Below, piece by piece: positions 49,178-61,008 of a DNA stretch of 64,000 nucleotides (position 1 is its first letter; every line of letters starts with the position of its first letter). The stretch is from Octopus sinensis. Lineage: Eukaryota. Under the pieces are notes generated by a model, which saw only the letters and a program-made list of their open reading frames with translations, made no database searches and had not been told where the DNA came from. The position numbers and the translations under genes were made by a program. The stretch is from contig NC_043019.1 of assembly GCF_006345805.1 (NCBI RefSeq), forward strand, positions 20,211,360 to 20,275,359. The letters are read 5' to 3'.

Positions 49178-49243
49178 CTCTTTAATTGCTTCAGCAATAC
49201 AACAGCCATCTATTCTTTTCTCATCAGAGATATACAGGAAGAT
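49178..49243 (-). CDS. ESCO2: ESCO exon, acetyltransferase domain
   Basis: ctttttgcag|IFLYISDEKRIDGCCIAEAIKE|gtatgt. Confidence 0.93.
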
Positions 49244-52200
49244 CTGCAAAAAGAAAGCGAGAGAGACTTCTAAATACAAAAATAATTTTTGTTTTTTTAA
49301 ATCTGCCAATTCATGTAATATAAAAAGACAAAAACTGGGGATCTTTTCGGTTTGAACGGCAGTTTTTTCTAGCGGTGTCATATGAAATTGTCACACATAA
49401 TTATGATCCTAGTATCGATCTATTGCATTTCAATCTGTTTTAGGGTTAGGGGTGGGGGGAAGGGTATCTTTTTTCTCTTCACAAATGTAAATAAACCCAA
49501 TCTGTATCTTAAACAAGGGACATATTCATACGGCACAGAATGTTTTTTTTTTACCTCAATAGACGTCATTGATTGGTTGAAATTGAAGAAAAAAAAACAA
49601 CAAATATCTTACAAACTATAGAATTTTCTCAATAAAGCCAAGAGAAAAAGATGTTTTATAAACGCATTCTACCAGTATACGAACCTTTAGTTACCTAGAA
49701 ATTATGTTAAAAAACTGCTGTTCAAACCGAAAAGATCCAAAGCTGGTTCTGAAATACAGAGCAGGTTTCCATCAAAAGCCTGAGTGATTCTGTAATGGGT
49801 TGGAAGGGGCTACCCTATTAATTGGAATTAACCTTTTGCCTGTCCTGTGTACTACAGGATACTAAGAACATATTTCCAGTTTTTTTCAACCACAATAGCT
49901 CTGACACTACCTATGGTCAGCTTAAGGTTATAATAGAAGACACTTGCCTGGAGTGCCATCCAGACTGAATCTGGGACCACGTGGTTGTGAAGCAGGTTAT
50001 CTACAGTGTATTGATGATGATGATGATGATACCCCTCCTTGGAGTTTATGTAAAGGAAAGCTTTCTATTACTCAGAATGTATGAAACAAAAGTTAACGAA
50101 CAGTCAGAAAATAAACACTGATGTTTAGGACAAACTTATGAAAATGATTTGGACAGGAAAAATGTTAAAAACAATGTGCTCCAGTACTCAAACAGCTCAT
50201 TAGGAGCCACAACCACCAACAAGAGGATATCTTAATAAAGAGGAACATTATTAATTAACCCACCTGTTGAGGCAAGCGAAGTCGATATCGAACCTCATCT
50301 GACGACAGGCACCTATGGCAACCCCCTTGCTTGCGAAGACCTGTTGGGGCAAGTGAAATTGAAATTGAACCAATCCTATGACTAGCACCCGGCAGATGCC
50401 AGGGCTCTGGGACTGGAGGTACGTAAAAAGCACCATCCGAATCGTAGCCGAAGCCAGTGCCAACTTGACTGGCTTCCATAAAATGCACCAATCCGACCGT
50501 GGCCGATGCCAGCCTCGCCTGGCACCAGTGCAGGTGGCACGTAAAAAGCACCCACTACACTCACGGAGTGGTTGGCATTAGGAAGGGCATCCAGCTGTAG
50601 AAACGTTGCCAGATAAGACCGGAGCCTGGTGCAGCCTTCTGGCTTCCCAGATCCCCGGTCGAACCGTCCAACCCATGCTAGCATGGAGAACGAACGTTAA
50701 ACGATGATGATGATTTGCTTGTCCAGAGCATTTTCTAAATGCCCATGCTTGTTTCCAGACTTTTATTCAGCCCTTGTTTCATATGCATCCCCAAAGTCCG
50801 CCCCCCCCCCACTCACTGTGGTGAGGATGCTGGCAATGGGTAGTGTCAGAACTATGCCGTCTGGAACTTCAGTTCCTGGTAGGGCCACCCAAGGTGGATT
50901 GGTCTGACACCGAGTGGTATTAGGACCACAACCCAGCAGACGAGGCTCTGGTAAAAATCCTCGGAGTGTCTGTTTCGGCAACCGGCAGCTCCTTGGTCGT
51001 TCTGTCCGTGCATCTGCGGCGAACAGGATGTCTCTACATGCGGGATTGTTGGGGACCACTTGTGAAATCCACATATTTCCACGAAACTTCTTCCAGGTAG
51101 AGGCCGACTCAACCCGCCCAGGGTGAATGTTGCCACATGTACAAGTACAAGTAAATACTTGTTTCATGTTCTGAGTAATATAAAGCTCTTCTTTCCAAAG
51201 TCACAAGTTACTCTGGTGATGGAAAAAATTGGAAATGTATCAGATATGAAACATGGGCACCAAGGAAGTATGTTTTGCGTATTATGTGATACACAGGACA
51301 GGTCAGTTCCTAATCCACTGCCAAGTTGTAATGTGCCCTGCCCCCATGAAGACAGTATAAAAAAAAAATGAGGACTTGTCAGCTCAAAAAAACACCAACC
51401 TCATCAAAACTTTTTGTAAAATGAAGAACAAGCATTCCTTTTAGTAACAAAGACAAAGAGTAGAATTGTGAATATAAGTCGCCAAAATAGGATCCTTGTG
51501 AGAGATCTCTGGAATAATGTCATCATTCGACTGTGTGTGTAGCTAAGGGATTAGAGTCTCTCCTATTCAACCTTTGACCTTTCCATATTGAAAAGTCACA
51601 GTTCTAGTACAACAGATGTCAATAGCATAATGTAGAAAAGAGTCACAAGACAGAATTTCAAACTGAACCAATTGGCAAGCGACTTAGGGGTAGACCAGAA
51701 CAAGACGGTTGGGTAATATTTATAGTTTCAGTTGGTCATGCTTGGGAATCCATCTAAAAAGAGTAATGATGGTTGCTTCTGATAGGGCCATATGGAGTAT
51801 CTAAAGACTCTGCAACTAGTAGAAGACTGATAAGATGGTTTTGGATAATAACCATAGTTTTTGATGCGAAATTGATCAATGGAAATTGCAGATGTGTTAC
51901 CAGTGCCGGTGGCATGTAAGAGAACCTTCCGTTTCGCGACTGTTGCCAGCCTCGCCTGGCCCTCGTGCCAGTGGTACATAAAAAGCACCATCCGTTCGGC
52001 ACCTGTGCGGGTGGCACGTAAAAAGCACCCACTACACTCAGGGAGTGGTTGGCGTTAGGAAGGGCATCCAGCCGTAGAAACACTGCCAGATTTGACTGGC
52101 CTGATGAAGCCTTCTGGCTTCACAGACCCCAGTAGAACCGTCCAACCCATGCTAGCATGGAAAACGGACGCTAAACGATGATGATGATGATGATGACAAA

Positions 52201-52573
52201 TGATGATGAGAGTTGCTCTATGGAGAAAGTGCCTAAGAACTATCTGCTATAAGAATAGTGAGCAGCTGAAGCATGGAACAAACTGCCGGCATCAGTTGTT
52301 AGTTGTCGGAGCACTGCATCCTTCAAAACTTCCATGCTTTCTGAGATTCGACAACACTACACTTGATTTTCTCCCCTCCATACACACACAAGCATGTATC
52401 TGACTCATACATTGTTCGCTTTCCAGACATTTCTACATTACTGCATGTACTTTATATGCACTTTCTGACAAGTTGTGGTGCACCTGAGCACTGTATACAA
52501 TAATTTCATTATTTTATAAGATGAATTGACAAATCATTAAGATGTGTTTAACCTTATTAATAAATAAATGTAC

Positions 52574-52651
52574 CTTGTAGTTACATTGGAATGATAAAGT
52601 GCTGTCAGGAAACCCAAGTTCTTGGCCCATTACATGATTGAGGTCTTCCAC
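52574..52651 (-). CDS. ESCO2: ESCO exon
   Basis: tttctttcag|VEDLNHVMGQELGFPDSTLSFQCNYK|gtacat. Matches the conserved 'V...V..ELGF' segment. Confidence 0.9.
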
Positions 52652-54963
52652 CTGAAAGAAAGTAACATATATCATCATTTTATAATCATTTACCTCTTTA
52701 TTGTCACTGTTATTTATGACATCATTCGTGTGTTTGCACTGGTTTTAAGGTTTTACGGTTAGGGTTGTCATAAATAACAGTGACAAACAAAATATACACC
52801 GCCGGAAGTTCTTGTAGACAAACAACAGCAGTAATTTTATTCAGCTGAATACACATTGTTGATTGGATGAAATTACCGAAATATGAGAACTTTAACATGA
52901 AATAACTTTGTGAATATAAGTTTTTCTCAAAAATGCTAAGAGTAAAAGATGTTTTATGGATGGATGGAAGCACTCTGTCGGTTACGACAATGAGGGTGAA
53001 ATTAACGTGTAAGTGGCTGAGCACTCCACAGACACATGTACCCTTAACGTAGTTCTCGGGGATATTCAGCGTGACACAGAGAGTGACAAGGCCGGCCCTT
53101 TGAAATACAGGTACAACAGAAACAGGAAGTAAGAGTGAGAGAAAGTTGTGGTGAAAGAGTACAGCAGGGATCACCACCATTCCCTGCCGGAGTCTCATGG
53201 AGCTTTAGGTGTTTTCGCTCAATAAACACTCACAACGCCCGGTCTGGGAATTGAAACCGCGATCCTATGACCGCGAGTCCGCTGCCCTAACCACTGGGCC
53301 ATTGCGCCTCCACAAAAGCTGTTTTATATGACACATTCTACCAGCGTCTGAAGTTTGAAAGTGTTTAGTTACAAAAAATTATTTTTTAAATCTGTAGGTC
53401 AAAAGGTAAAGATCCGGATTGCTTTGACCAAATGGTAGAACAGCTGTCATATTTATAGAAAATCTGTGTCTGAATCCCAAGGGGCAGCCTTCAACTTTAC
53501 TTATTCAAAGGGATTTTTTCAACCCAATATTTACAAGCTATTATTTATAGGCGCAGGAGTGGCTGTGTGGTAAGTAGCTTGCTAACCAGCCACATGGTTC
53601 CGGGTTCAGTCCCACTGCGTGACATCTTGAGCAAGTGTCTCCTGCTATAGCCCCGGGCCGACCAATGCCTTGTGAGTGGATTTGGTAGACGGAAACTGAA
53701 AGAAGCCTGTCATATATATATATATATGTGTGTGTTTGTGTGTCTGTGTTTGTCTCCCTAGCATTGCTTGACAACCGATGCTGGTGTGTTTGCGTCCCTA
53801 TCACTTGGCGGTTCGGCAAGAGAGACCGATAGAATAGGTACTGGGCTTACAAAAGAATAAGTCCCGGGGTCGATTTGCTCGACTAAAGGCAGTGCTCCAG
53901 CATGGCCGCGGTCAAATGACTGAAACAAGTAAAAGAGTAAAGAGCTTTATCTAATTCAAGCTTCACCATTCTAAAGAAGACATTTATATAAAATCATTTC
54001 AATGTCTGTTTTCCCATGCTTGCATGGATCACAACACCACATAAAAAGATCCTGTACTCTGTAAAGTGGTTGATGTTAGGAAGACCATCCAGCTCCTGCC
54101 AAACCGTCTGACTCATGCCAGCATAGAAAACGAATGTTTAGTGATGATTACAATGATGATGATTCACATTTACTACAGCCAGACACCCTTCCTGTTGTCT
54201 ATATATCTTTACTTTCTTTTAAAGATGGTCAGATTTGATTTGAGTGAATTTGGTTACTACCTGTAGAAGGTTGAACATTCACAGAAGTGACCAACAGTGG
54301 CCTATACCATAGAGTTAAGTACATTTTAGGGGTGACAGTTTGTGGTGAAAAATTCCGAATTTACAAAAACGAAAAAACAAGAAAAAGTACCCAAAATAGT
54401 GTCTTATTTCTTTACTACCCACAAGGGCCGTTTGCCAGCCTCGCCTGGCCCCCGTGCTGGTGGTACGTAAAAGCACCATCCGTTCGTGGCCGTTGCCATC
54501 CTCGCCTGGCCCCTGTGCCGGTGGCACGTAAAAGCACCATCTGTCCGTGGCCATCTGCCAGCTCTGTCTGGCACCTGTGCAGGTGGCACGTAAAAAGCAC
54601 CCACTACACTCACGGAGTGGCTGGCGTTAGGAAGGGCATCCAGCCGTAGAAACACAGCCAGATCAAACTGGGCCTGAAGCAGCCTTCTGGCTTCACAGAC
54701 CCCAGTTGAACCGTCCAACCCATGCTAGCATGGAAAGCGGACGTTAAATGATGATGATGATGATGATGAAGCGGTTAAAGAGAACAAACAAGGACAGACA
54801 AACGGATTAAGTCGATTACATCGATCCCGAAAGGATGAAAGGCAAAGTCGACCTCAGCGGAATTTGAACACAGAACGTAACGGCAGACGAAATACGGCTA
54901 CGCATTTCACCCGGCGTGCTAACGATTCTGCCAGCTCGCTGCCTTAACCCAACCACTACTTAC

Positions 54964-55059
54964 CTTGCGGATAACATATTTTGGGTCATCGGGGAGAACA
55001 AGTATGATGCGACATCCTGTTTCAGAATATTCTTGGACAACTCTTTCTTTCTTCCAGCC
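54964..55059 (-). CDS. ESCO2: ESCO exon
   Basis: aatttcag|GWKKERVVQEYSETGCRIILVLPDDPKYVIRK|gtaagt. Confidence 0.95.
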
Positions 55060-55987
55060 CTGAAATTAGTAGGAAGAAAATAAATAAATAAAAACAAAAC
55101 AGAATTGCAAGTAAATATGAAGATTGCAGGAAGGAGGAGTATCATCATCATCATCAATACACTGTAGATAATCTGCTTCACAACCACATGGTTCCAGATT
55201 CAGTCTGGATGGCACCTCAGGCAAGTGTCTACCATTATAGCCTTGAGCTGACCAACACCTTGAGAGTGATTTGATAGGTGAAAACTGGTGGCTGTGTGGT
55301 AAGTAGCTTGTTTACCAACCACATGGTTCTGGGTTCAGTCCCACTGTGTGGCACCTTGGGCAAGTGTCTTCTACTATAGCCTCGGGCCGACCAAAGCCTT
55401 GTGAGTGGATTTGGTAGACGGAAACTGAAAGAAGCCATTCGTATATATGTATATATATATGTGTGTGTGTATTTGTGTGTGTCCTGCTAGCATTGCTTGA
55501 CAACCGATGCTGGTGTGTTTGTGTCCCCGTTACTTAGCGGTTCAGCAAAAGAGACCGATAGAATAAGTACTGGGCTTACAAAAGAATAAGTCCCGGGGCC
55601 GAGTTGCTCGATTAAAGGTGGTGCTCCAGCATGGCCACAGTCAAATGACTGAAACAAGTAAAAGAGAGATACACAAATACATATATGTGTCCACCCCATT
55701 ACCTTTTGACAACCAGTATTTGTTCGTTTATGTCACAGTAACTTAGTGGCTCAGCAAAAAGAGACTGATAGAATAAGTAACAGACATAAAAAAAAAATAA
55801 GCATTGGAGGTCATTTGATCAACCAAACTTTTCAAGGTAGTGCCCGAACACAGCTAGTCTAATGACTGAAACAAGTAAAAGAATCCTTTTATTGAATATC
55901 CTAGAATATGTAAGTGAACTAACCATGTGGACATGTAGCATAGACAAAAAAACCACAAATCAACAATATAAGTCAAACCAGACTGAC

Positions 55988-56119
55988 CGTAAACTTGAGA
56001 GTGGTCAACAGCGAGTAGTGAAATTTGGCATGCGTTGTTTCATCAACAGGGTCAGCTCTTGTATAAAACATGGTACATTGGGGACACTGTATGGCACCAA
56101 ACCTTTTCTGTCCGGCATC
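55988..56119 (-). CDS. ESCO2: ESCO exon, C2H2 zinc finger
   Basis: ctctctacag|DAGQKRFGAIQCPQCTMFYTRADPVDETTHAKFHYSLLTTLKFT|gtcagt (44 codons). Confidence 0.95.
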
Positions 56120-56320
56120 CTGTAGAGAGATAAAAAGACGTGTGAGCCTGTTCCTCCAATGTACTTTAACCACTACAATTACCCCACAAGGAAAAACAGC
56201 CTTTGCCTTTCCCTTGGATAACACTGGTGTGGAGAGGGGAGGCTGGTAAGCATTTGTAACTGCTAGTCTTACGTAAATGACCTTGCCCAGACTTGTGCTT
56301 TGGAAGGAACTTTCTAGTTT

Positions 56321-56727
56321 GGGATCTTTTCAGTTTGAACGGCAGTTTTTTCTAGTGGGGTCATATGAAATTGTTACCCATAATTATGACCCTTGTAGCG
56401 ATTTATTGCATTTCAATCTGTTTTAGGGTTAGGGGTGGGGGGAAGGGTATCTTTTTTTCTTCACAAATGCAAATAAACCCAATCTGTATCTTAAACAAGG
56501 GACATATTCATACGGCACAGAATGTTTTTTTTACCTCAATAGACATATTTGATTGGTTGAAATTGAAGAAAAAAAAACAACAAATATCTTACAAACTATA
56601 GAATTTTCTCAATAAAGCCAAGAGAAAAAGATGTTTTATAAACACATTCTACCAGTATATGAAGTTTAAAAGTGTTTAGTTACCTAGAAATTATGTTAAA
56701 AACTGCCGTTCAAACCGAAAAGATCCC
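56321..56727. mobile_element. MITE with ~28-bp TIR and 6-bp TSD (copy at 49338-49739; partials ~39600, ~53340-53415)
   Basis: GGGATCTTTTC(A/G)GTTTGAACGGCAGTTTT...AAAACTGCCGTTCAAACCGAAAAGATCCC, flanked by TAGTTT on both sides. Confidence 0.88.
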
Positions 56728-56987
56728 TAGTTTGTAATCCCACGGTCATTCATGACCAAAGGGGGTCTTTTTTTAAAAATCTAACCCAAATATTTGTTTT
56801 ATGTTTAAACCAGCCAGGTCTGACCTTTTACACCCATTTTACAATGCCATTCTAAAAATACATCATCACACCATCAAAATCTATGAAATAATGCATGATT
56901 AATTCAAAGCGTTGTGTATAAATAAAACATTGCATTTGACAGTAATTTGAACATTAAATGGTTAAGGTGTATGAAAATGACACTTAC

Positions 56988-57060
56988 CAAAGTCAACTGT
57001 TTAGCATCAGCACTGTCTTTAATGAATTTCGGCAACAGAATGCTACTCTCAGAAGCAGCC
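56988..57060 (-). CDS. ESCO2: ESCO exon ending in PIP-box-like KQLTL
   Basis: tttag|G GCT...ACT TTG|gtaagt. Joins to DAGQK to give QLTLDAGQK (compare human ESCO QLIIDAGQK). Confidence 0.85.
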
Positions 57061-57983
57061 CTAAATTTGGCACCAGATGGGAAACAAGTTAGTTTGGTGG
57101 CAGTGGTGGTGGTGGAGAATGAAAATTTAAAATTAAATAAAAGAATTTAGTAAATACTAAAATCTGGACAGAAACTTGAACAGGTATGTAAGTGAGTAAG
57201 TGTGTATGTATGAGTACCCGGCTCTAGCAGACAATTTTCCAGTGTTTGAGAAAATGAGAGAGCCTGAATGCAGGAAATAAACTGGCTAGAAATAACAGCT
57301 AAACCATTCAATAATGTAGCCTTTCACAGATATCCCTAAAAAGCAGGAATGGTCATGGAAGAAATATCTGTTTATCTGTTTCCTGTGTCTGCTGACTCAG
57401 GGGTTAGGTCTGGGGGTTAGGCATCAACATATATTGTCATTTGTACTATTCAAAAGACTTAAACAAAAGGTTGATAGTTCACAGACTGAAATATCTCTAT
57501 ATATATAAACGGCAAAATGTCTGTGTGTGTGTCCTTTATACAAATCCACAATTTTTCAGTTAGAGGGCTCGCACTTTCTATGGTCATTCAAAACCGTCCA
57601 AGGGTGGTCGTGCACATCTTTACATTTCCCCAGTCACCCCGCAAAGCCATTAAAAAAAAAATCAATAGAAGCGACTTTTTTGTGAATTTTCTACCCAACA
57701 CCCAATCAAAATGCCCGAAACTTGATATGCCAATTGAATGCCAGCTAGCTGTATGTGATTGGTCAGAGATTTGGACAGTACTCGCATGTATGTGCGCACG
57801 CACGCAGCTGTATATGCATGCACTAGCACTATGACCCGGTGTTGGCGGATCATAGTGCTAGTGTACTTTAAAAGGTGGTGCTCCAGCATGGCTACAACTC
57901 AATGGCTGAAACTAGCAAAAGAATAAAGCAATAAGAAGGACAAGAGAAAGTACGAACAAAAGCTGTGGTTATTAAAAACTCAC

Positions 57984-58047
57984 TTTAAAGAAGCTTCACG
58001 TAGCCTGTTCCTTCTGTTGGAAAAGATTGGAAATAGGCGGGGCTTTT
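57984..58047 (-). CDS. ESCO2: ESCO exon (EKPRLFPIFSNRRNRLREASLK)
   Basis: ttttcttttgcag|AA...TTA AA|gtgagt. Phase 1 in and phase 2 out exactly bridge the neighbouring exons. Confidence 0.8.
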
Positions 58048-58780
58048 CTGCAAAAGAAAAAAAGCAAGTTCCTTCATTAATATTAATACAACTATTGTCT
58101 TTTCGTTGATGTTACATATAAAGAAAGATTCTGAACCCAAGGCTTAAGTGCACTTAGCTGGAAATAAATAAGGCACTTCCTGCGTAAGATACAGTCCAGC
58201 TGGGTGTACGTAAGATACCATGAGAGATGGGGTGGGGAGTGCACCAATGGTCGGATTTAGACCTAGTGGAGTCTGTACACCATTAGGTTTTGGGAGCCCC
58301 TACAATTTTGCTAATTCAAAACATAAGGTAATAAATTTAGGGGCCCTAAAACTTAAAAGCCTTGATAGATTCAAAGAAAATTGGTTAAATTTAATGCAGG
58401 AGGCTGCACCAGGCTCCATTCTGATCCGGCAGTGTTTCTACGGCTGGATGCCCTTCCTAACGCCAACCACTCCGTGAGTGTAGTGGGTGCTTTTTACGTG
58501 CCAGGTGAGGCTGATATTGGCCACAATCGGTCGGTGCTTTGGCCAGTCGAAGCGGGGCTGGCAACGGCCACGTTCGGATGGATCTTTTTATATGCCACTG
58601 GCACTGGTATCACAGCTGCAATTTCCATTGATTTTTGATCGATTTCGATTTCACTTGCCTCAACAGTTCTTCGCAAGCAGAGTTTTGTGTCCCAAGTAAT
58701 TTTTATTGTCATATATATATATACACACACACACTCTCTCTCTCATCATGAAACCAGAGAATATATTCAAGAGAACTCAC

Positions 58781-59814
58781 CTGGGAGGGTTGAGCTTTCT
58801 GAGCTGTTAGAGTCAGATGAAAAGTGAACCAAGGAAGAACTTGAACCACCGCAAGAATTGGAATAGGTACAATCATTTTCAGCTGTAGATAACTGGTCAT
58901 CACATTGTTGCTGAGGATTTATGAGGTGATCACAGGTGTTTGTGGGAAGGGGTGCAGCAGGAGAAGAAAGAGGCTGAAGATCAAGTTCGGGAAATATATT
59001 TGAAAGTGGTGGTAGTGGTTTCTCGTCCTTGGCACAGCCACTGTTGTTGCTTCTTTTCCGCTGTGGTCGACGAGGATTACGTGACTTCCTCTTTTTCTGC
59101 TGCCCCACCCTTTTCTCGAAACTAGCACTGAGTCGACGAGGCACAAAATTCAAGCTGAACCCTCGACAGACAACGGTGGTGCTACCAGCTCCACCACGTT
59201 TTGTCAGCATCGGGGACTGAGAAGTGGTAACTGAGGACGGACGATTCTTAAAGAACTTGCGCTCACTGCCACAGCCACCACTGTTATCTGCAGTGGTGGT
59301 AGGGCTATCTGTGATAATACTCGGAGTGCGTGGCATTACAGCACTAATGTTCTCTACTCTTATACTTCTTATGATGTCTTCACTTACAATTTTAGTCGAT
59401 GACTCTTGCTGTGCTGAATGGATGGATTTTAATCGTTTACTTGGTTCGATGTAATAGCATGGTCGGCGCCGATGTTGAACTCCAGATGCAAGTCTTGAAC
59501 CTTCGGGATGACAAGAAGAAGCTGATGCAGCAGAAGAATGCGGAGGAGTTTGTGTATCAATCTTCCAGTGACCTTCAGGAACTGAATGTAAACCGGTCTC
59601 AGAGATATTCGTCACATCTGCCAAGTGAGATGTTTCACCGTGATTCCCTAAGTTGCTATCACCAAGAGAGTAACGGAGATAAAACGGTAACTTAACCCTG
59701 GACTTTGGTGTTGTGCAGCTGTTCCTATAGAAAGACTTAGCAGTGAAAGATGGTTTATTGTTCACTTCATCAATGCTGCTACTTAGCAACGGTTCTTCAT
59801 TAGTATCAACATCG
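58781..59814 (-). CDS. ESCO2: ESCO/Eco1 cohesin acetyltransferase, large internal exon (Ser/Thr-rich disordered region with basic NLS-like patch)
   Basis: Acceptor tttttctcatttcag|C and donor CCA G|gtgagt flank a 1034-nt open frame. Its phase-1 end fits the next exon. ESCO1 versus ESCO2 cannot be resolved (invertebrates usually have one gene). Confidence 0.8.
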
Positions 59815-60838
59815 CTGAAATGAGAAAAACATAAATATAAAATAAAATATCCGACAAAGGCTCTCACTGATTAAATCGATGACAGCGTTTACTATCACAC
59901 CAAGGCCTTCATTAGCATCACACCTGTGTTGATGCAAGAAGTGGGGATAGTGATTTTTTATCTTCAACAGAACCAAAGGGTTATGAATAAAACTCCTTAG
60001 ACAAAGCTACGCTTGCAACTCAACAATTATTTCATTGAGCCCCAAAGAGAGCAGGCTTTATATTGGTTAGGTCAACAGGAATATGCATCATCATAATTGA
60101 TGGAATGTCAATCCATAAAAACAGAGTATTGAAAGTGACCATGATTACCCATAAATAAAAAGAAAACTGAAACGAAGCCACCATCATCCTCATTGTTTAA
60201 TGTCCGCGTTCCATGCTAGCATGGGTTGGACGATTTTGACTGTGGGCTGGCAAACCAGATGGCTGCACCAGGCTCCAATCTTAATCTGGCAGAGCTTCCA
60301 CAGCTGGATGCCCTTCATAACGCCAACCACTCCGAGAGTGTAGTGGGTGCTTTTTACGTGCCACATTTTATTATTTTTTTAAAGTAATTTGCAAGTCAAG
60401 ACACTAGTCATGTTACACTCTTAAATAGAAGCAAAGTTCAGATCTTGCAAAAACAACACTAGTTTTGCTCAATGTAAAAAAAAAATTAAATTAAATTAAA
60501 AAATAATCACAGTTTACAAACACACAAGTCATAATGGCACACAACAGCTGTAGTTGGTGGAATTTTCCTGGCATTTTGTGGAAATTACTATTTGTGATGT
60601 ACATTGTCAGCATTCACAAGTCTATTTTGGAAGAAAAATTTTCAACTATATTACTAATAATATAGCTTGGAAGTAATTGAAAAAAAAAAACATACAAATA
60701 CATTACAACCCTTGGATTTATAAAAATATTCATAACATACAAAAAGTAAAAACTCCTTTGCAGTGCATGGATACTTTCAAAACAAAAACACTGCACATAC
60801 CCAATGAACAGAGTGGTGCCTGGCACTGCAGTGTAGAC

Positions 60839-61008
60839 CAGTGCTTTTCAACCTTTTTGCTGGAGCGGAACCCCTGTGCAATAATTTAATTGTCTTATGC
60901 ACACATATCTGCACAGGAGAATTAAAAATTACTGTCGATTTTAGCATTTTTGTTACTTCTTGCGGAACCCCTGGACTGTACTGGTGGAACCCTGGTTGAA
61001 AACCACTG
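60839..61008. mobile_element. hAT (Charlie-like) MITE
   Basis: TIRs CAGTGCTTTTCAACC / GGTTGAAAACCACTG and a perfect 8-bp TSD GTGTAGAC. Confidence 0.9.

Noticed and set aside
49382-49621. Duplicated 78-79 aa 'secreted peptide' ORFs (also 56365-56601)
   Set aside because: Both lie inside copies of the same MITE, so the similarity reflects the repeat.
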